DNA from: a virus
Virus record (IMG/VR): IMGVR_UViG_3300038825_000096
Location: 1-27,036 of that record
Strand: one strand, 5' to 3'
Length of the DNA: 27,036 bases
Under the pieces are notes generated by a model, which did not search any database, was not told where the DNA came from, and worked only from the letters and a program-made list of their open reading frames with translations. A program made the translations under genes and the position numbers. This document shows positions 23,238 to 27,036 of this stretch, one piece after another (position 1 is the first letter of the stretch; each line of letters starts with the position of its first letter).

Positions 23238-23934
23238 CACGTATTATCTCATTTAAAGCTGATAGTATTTCTTCATCTGTTGGTGTTCTCTCTGACATCT
23301 TAGCCATCTTGTCTGTAAAGTAGCCCTCTATACTAAGCCCTTTTAATTTGCCCTCTTTAATCTCTCTCCAGAGTTCATCATTAGTTATCTTCATTTTAAC
23401 GAACCATGTGCCATTAGGCAAATCATAGCCATATAATTTAGATTTATCACTATCTCCCTCTTTTATCCATGATTCTACTGTTAGAACGCCTGATACTCTT
23501 TCGTTGTGTTCATGTGTAGCTTTATGATGGTTATTGTGTTTTAAATATAACTCACTAGCTTTTCTTATAGTTTCAGGGCGAAAAAAAACATAATACTCAG
23601 AATCTGTATTTGGGTCATATCTAAATATATGTTTGTTAGGTATTAATGCAGGACTAACTAGCATTCTTTTCTCTTCATCTACCTTAGCAAAGGTTAGATT
23701 ATTTTTTTCTTTACCAAAAAACACAAAGTCCTGTTCTATTGCAGGTGAGTTTACTAAGCTAATAGCATCAATAGCTAATTCCTCACTTTCATCTGCAATT
23801 ACAAGTTCTACAATTGATGTAGTTTTTTCGTAATAGTCTTTATTGTCTTGTTGGCATTCGGTTAACGTGTCATATTTACACTCACCAGTATTGCCAAATT
23901 TATATTTTCCGTTTTCGCATTCTTTACATGGCAT
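23215..23934 (-). CDS. XkdF-like prohead serine protease family protein (239 aa)
   Basis: SLVNSPAIEQDF...VSPALIPNK...ETIRKASELYLKHN...HEHNE...VESWIKE...WFVKMKITNDELWREIKEGKLKGLSIEG matches the PBSX XkdF-like pattern. A Cys-rich N-terminal extension is present. Confidence 0.65.
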   Translation of the reverse strand: MPCKECENGKYKFGNTGECKYDTLTECQQDNKDYYEKTTSIVELVIADESEELAIDAISLVNSPAIEQDFVFFGKEKNNLTFAKVDEEKRMLVSPALIPNKHIFRYDPNTDSEYYVFFRPETIRKASELYLKHNNHHKATHEHNERVSGVLTVESWIKEGDSDKSKLYGYDLPNGTWFVKMKITNDELWREIKEGKLKGLSIEGYFTDKMAKMSERTPTDEEILSALNEIIRENQTNSK

Positions 23935-23936
23935 AT

Positions 23937-23973
23937 TATATAATAGATTTAATTAATAATTTGTTTGATTTTT
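23937..23973 (-). promoter_or_regulatory. Late-region motif copy 5 plus upstream block AAAATCAAACAAA, with 2 nt between the 11-mer and the XkdF-like ATG
   Basis: Exact 11-mer at plus 23937..23947 and the upstream block at 23960..23972. It has the same two-block architecture as copy 4. Confidence 0.55.
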
Positions 23974-25423
23974 ATATTGTAGCTTGTCGCCTAATGTTAG
24001 CTAATTGGTCTTGCGAATTAGTCATTTCATCAGTTACAACAAACGCTTTCATAGGCTCAGGTGCCAATCCTCCGCCTAATTCAAAAGCCCCTGACATCAT
24101 TTGTGGTGCAGGTATTGATGATTTAAACTCACTACCAGATGCCCCTGCACTACTTGTATCTGGTGGTGAACCTGCTGCAATTTTAGCAATATTTGTAGCG
24201 GCAAAACCTGCTGCTAGTCCTGCCATCACTAACGGATAACCACCTGCTGTCGCTGCTGTTAGTGCAATATTGGCATTTGCTGCCGTAAAGGCATTTTGTA
24301 CACCTTGAACTCCTGAGATTGTAGCCTGTGCAATGGCTGCTGCCTTACCTATTGCAGTACCCTCACCTGCTGCTTGTTGTATCACTCGCAATCCCTGCAT
24401 TGTGACATCTTTTCTAAAAGCCTGTAAATCCTGTTCTAGCTGTTTTTTCTTTTTTTGATTTATTTCTAATTGTGCAATATAATCATTATCTGCCTGTATA
24501 AGTTCGTTGTTTACTTTTGCAACTATGCTTGGCATTTTTTCAATATCTCCAAACCTTTCATCAAATGCTTCTTTTCGTTCTTTTAGCCTAGCCTGTTCTT
24601 CTGCGTGTATTTCACGTTCTAAAGCGTTTACCTCAGTTACAACCCTTCGCCTCATTTTAATAGATGCAGTTTCCTTTTCAATTAATTCAACTTTTAAGCT
24701 AGCTAGCTTTTGTTCATCTTCTATTAGATTTTCAGATTGTGCCATTTCTTGCTCTTGTATTGCCAATCTTTCACTTGCTAACTCTAACTCTCTTTGTGTG
24801 GTTTTTTCTTCTAAGTCTAGTGCAACCTTTAAATTCTCTAGCCTTTCTTTTGCTGATTTTGTTTCATCTTCTGCTATTAACCTTGCTCTTTCTATTTCTT
24901 GTCTAGTCGCTGCCTTTTGTACCATGAACTCTAAATCTGCATCTCTCAATTCTTGCGTTCTTCTTTTTAACTCAGTCATAGCAACAACCTCACGCTCTAT
25001 TTCATCTGCTATCCCTGAAAATGTTTCTTTTAAAGCATCTCCTGCCTTTTGAAACTCTCCTGAAAATACAAAAGTTAAAACTTCTCCAAATTTTGAAAAT
25101 CTATCCACTAAAACATCAACAACAGCCCCCATTCCTGCCAAAGCCTTTTCAAGTTGGTCTGCACCTCTTTTAGTATTTGTAAAATAAGATACTAGCGAAC
25201 CTATTGCCACTAGAAATGCTCCAATACCTGTGCTTATTAATCCTGCCTTAACAGAAGCAAACATAGTCTTTGCCTGTTTACCTGCTGATAAAAACCCTGC
25301 TTTAACAGAGTTTAAAGACACCCCCATTATTTTAAACTCAGCTGCCGCATTTTTAGCATCCTTGCCTACTTTGCCAACATCTGATTTTACATTTAGGTTT
25401 AAAGTTTCTGTTTTACTTGCCAT
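23972..25423 (-). CDS. Tape-measure-like or internal ejection protein (483 aa)
   Basis: N-terminal hydrophobic segments, a long central E/K/R/Q coiled-coil, a G/A-rich hydrophobic C-terminal block (ALTAATAGGYPLVMAGLAAGFAATNIAKIAAG) and a conserved-looking tail VVTDEMTNSQDQLANIRRQATI. Confidence 0.5.
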   Translation of the reverse strand: MASKTETLNLNVKSDVGKVGKDAKNAAAEFKIMGVSLNSVKAGFLSAGKQAKTMFASVKAGLISTGIGAFLVAIGSLVSYFTNTKRGADQLEKALAGMGAVVDVLVDRFSKFGEVLTFVFSGEFQKAGDALKETFSGIADEIEREVVAMTELKRRTQELRDADLEFMVQKAATRQEIERARLIAEDETKSAKERLENLKVALDLEEKTTQRELELASERLAIQEQEMAQSENLIEDEQKLASLKVELIEKETASIKMRRRVVTEVNALEREIHAEEQARLKERKEAFDERFGDIEKMPSIVAKVNNELIQADNDYIAQLEINQKKKKQLEQDLQAFRKDVTMQGLRVIQQAAGEGTAIGKAAAIAQATISGVQGVQNAFTAANANIALTAATAGGYPLVMAGLAAGFAATNIAKIAAGSPPDTSSAGASGSEFKSSIPAPQMMSGAFELGGGLAPEPMKAFVVTDEMTNSQDQLANIRRQATI

Positions 25424-25433
25424 ATCTTTTTAT

Positions 25434-26282
25434 TTATAGTGCTACTCCTGTTTTTATTTGTGTGAATGTTACATTTAATGCCCATTCTAAAGTCATATTG
25501 TTAGTTCCTTTTATTTGTAACAAAAAATTAGTTCCTGATACCGCCCCTGTTGGCTGCCATCCTGTTGTAGTACCTGAGCCTTTGATTGTATCTCTCTCTC
25601 TCTCTATGCTTAGTGTTCCTGACTTATTAATTACAACACCACGTTCTACCCATGACTTATAATCTCCAACTGCCCCTGAGCCGCTAGTACCGCCAACCCT
25701 AACAGCTACACAATCAGCATGAAAATACATTATAGTGTTATCAGGTACTACTACAAACGAATCTGTTGTATTATTTAAATAAGAATTTACAGTATTGCCA
25801 TCTGTTGTTTGTCCACCATATAATAATTGAACACTTTGCCTTTTGCCTAAAACGTCTGATGTAGCATTACCCCCTATAACAAATGAGTTTGTTTCTCTAA
25901 CCTCTCCTAAAGTGCCAAAAACTGCGGTGTTATCTACCTGTTTAGTAATTTGGTTTCTACTACCTACTAAAATGTTGTTTCTTGACACATCAATAACCTC
26001 ATTATTCTCACCCATTATATAGGTGTTGTTAGTGCCAACGCCTGTTACGTTTTGTGAGCCTTGAACGTTGTTATTTTCGTTGTTTAAATTTACACTTAAA
26101 TTAGAACTATATTTAAAAGCCTCGCAAACCCCTGTTGTTGGGTTGTAGGTATATCCATAAGCCTCACATTGTCTTTGGTTAGGAACTATCTCATTCCTGC
26201 CATCTGTAAATGTTACAACTCCTGTTCCGCTAATCTTTGCAGGTTTTATTGCAAATCCTGTTATGTAAGGTATTGTTGCCAT
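25434..26282 (-). CDS. Tail fibre/spike protein with N/G-rich beta-helix-like repeats (282 aa)
   Basis: Reiterated N..V.G..N segments (NNVQGSQNVTGVGTNNTYIMGENNEVI...NNILVGSRNQI). TAATG coupling to the 921-aa fibre gene. Confidence 0.5.
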   Translation of the reverse strand: MATIPYITGFAIKPAKISGTGVVTFTDGRNEIVPNQRQCEAYGYTYNPTTGVCEAFKYSSNLSVNLNNENNNVQGSQNVTGVGTNNTYIMGENNEVIDVSRNNILVGSRNQITKQVDNTAVFGTLGEVRETNSFVIGGNATSDVLGKRQSVQLLYGGQTTDGNTVNSYLNNTTDSFVVVPDNTIMYFHADCVAVRVGGTSGSGAVGDYKSWVERGVVINKSGTLSIERERDTIKGSGTTTGWQPTGAVSGTNFLLQIKGTNNMTLEWALNVTFTQIKTGVAL

Positions 26283-27036
26283 TATATAATAAGTATAAAT
26301 TCTACTGTTGCTAAATCGCCTGGTTTGTAATCTATTTTGTTTACTCTATATTCTCTATTTTTGATAAATACATTGTCAAAAAAATTAAAGCTGTTCATAT
26401 CGCCTGGAGTTAAATTTACTTTTAATGTCATAGTCCTTGTATCTGCATTATACAACTCATTAAAATAAGGCAACCAATAAAGATAAAATAGATTGTTTGT
26501 GGTTGCATTTCCTATTGGTTGAAAAAGCTGACAATCTCCAAAATGGAAATCATTTGTATCTGTTGGTTGTGGTGGTATTGTTGTTACAGTTGGTATATCT
26601 GTTAAATGGCTAAACTGTAAAAAGTCTGTCATTTGCTCTCCTGCTTCTGTGTTTTGAGCAGGTATATAATATGTGCAACTTGTTAAAGTCTTTACACCAT
26701 TGTTATACATGATTCTAGGACTGTTTGCAAAACCTTGAGATGTACCATCATCAGGGTTGTAAGAATATATTGCAGGTGTTATAAAATCAGAAAACTGTGA
26801 CATCAAAGGTTTAGGAACTGTTGCTGCAAAAGGCTCTGGTATTATTTCTTCCTCTCCTGTTAATATTGTAGGGAATCCATTTCCTGATAATGAAGCATCA
26901 AAAAGTTTAGAACCATATAAATGTCCTTGTACTGCTCCTTTGTAAAGATTAAAAGCATAATCATCATCATCCTCAACGAATTTAAAAGTAGTTAATTTAT
27001 TTAAAGTCGTTAATGGTGTTAATTTAATTTCTTCTA
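26282..27036 (-). CDS. C-terminal part of the same wrap-around 921-aa tail fibre gene (unique part 26282..26937)
   Basis: The track ORF 26282..26806 begins at a TTG only because the finder needs a start codon. The frame is open upstream to 27036 and (26938-26806) is divisible by 3, so it joins position 1 in frame. The TAA stop at 26284..26282 overlaps the ATG of the next gene (TAATG). Confidence 0.8.
   Translation of the reverse strand, partial: EEIKLTPLTTLNKLTTFKFVEDDDDYAFNLYKGAVQGHLYGSKLFDASLSGNGFPTILTGEEEIIPEPFAATVPKPLMSQFSDFITPAIYSYNPDDGTSQGFANSPRIMYNNGVKTLTSCTYYIPAQNTEAGEQMTDFLQFSHLTDIPTVTTIPPQPTDTNDFHFGDCQLFQPIGNATTNNLFYLYWLPYFNELYNADTRTMTLKVNLTPGDMNSFNFFDNVFIKNREYRVNKIDYKPGDLATVEFILII
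26938..27036. repeat. Terminal overlap, copy B (identical to 1..99)
   Basis: Exact 99-nt identity with the window start. Position 26938 is in frame with ORF 26282..26806, and there is no stop in 26807..27036. Confidence 0.95.

Noticed and set aside
23578-23590. T8 run (GTT TTT TTT CGC) inside the XkdF-like gene as a second frameshift site
   Set aside because: The gene reads through in frame (YYVFFRPE), and no extended alternative-frame ORF overlaps the site.
24507-25052. 181-aa plus-strand ORF, along with 23928..24239, 25230..25439 and 25417..25662
   Set aside because: These are antisense shadows of the low-complexity coiled-coil tape-measure-like gene and its neighbours. Their composition (S/F/L/C-rich) mirrors the sense strand.
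1-27036. CRISPR arrays, tRNA/tmRNA genes, integrase/excisionase, transposases, reverse transcriptase/DGR, toxin-antitoxin pairs
   Set aside because: I found no spaced direct-repeat arrays and no intergenic space large or GC-rich enough for a tRNA. I recognised no tyrosine or serine recombinase, RT or transposase motifs in any frame. Absence is judged by eye only, and a profile search could still reveal divergent members.

Overview
This window is a complete, circularly closed genome of an AT-rich tailed dsDNA phage. Its unique length is 26,937 bp. Bases 1-99 recur exactly at 26938-27036, and a 921-codon fibre gene reads in frame through that junction. About 45 tightly packed genes all lie on the minus strand, many joined by TAATG or ATGA overlaps. 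The long plus-strand ORFs in the track look like antisense shadows. Gene order on the minus strand, starting at the only large non-coding gap (14584-14782, Bacteroidota-type promoter), is as follows. (1) Small early ORFs. (2) A replication/recombination module: DUF3127 SSB-like protein with a DDNLPF tip, DnaA-domain-IV-like protein, HTH replisome organiser with internal iteron-like repeats, NinG/Rap-like, NinB/Orf-like, DUF3310. (3) A sigma-70/ECF-like factor and a Cys-rich protein. (4) TerS and a PBSX-type TerL. (5) Tail and fibre genes, then a tape-measure-like protein. (6) An XkdF-type protease, acidic scaffold, HK97-like major capsid protein and a putative tail tube protein. (7) A LamG protein, a portal fused to a MuF-like domain, and an adaptor. 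(8) A lysis cassette (M15 peptidase plus small membrane proteins) and a metallophosphoesterase. I recognised no tRNA, CRISPR array, integrase or transposase. The main second-look items are: (a) a palindromic motif TCTATTATATA(AT) at five gene junctions of the late region, alongside a phage sigma-like gene; (b) a T9 slippery run giving a G/GT-style -1 frameshift pair in an unusual location; (c) a TerL whose Walker A motif lies upstream of any ATG/GTG/TTG start; (d) a portal-MuF fusion and scrambled morphogenesis gene order; (e) iteron-like repeats inside the replication organiser gene. All functional calls rest on motif recognition by eye and need HMM or structure searches.
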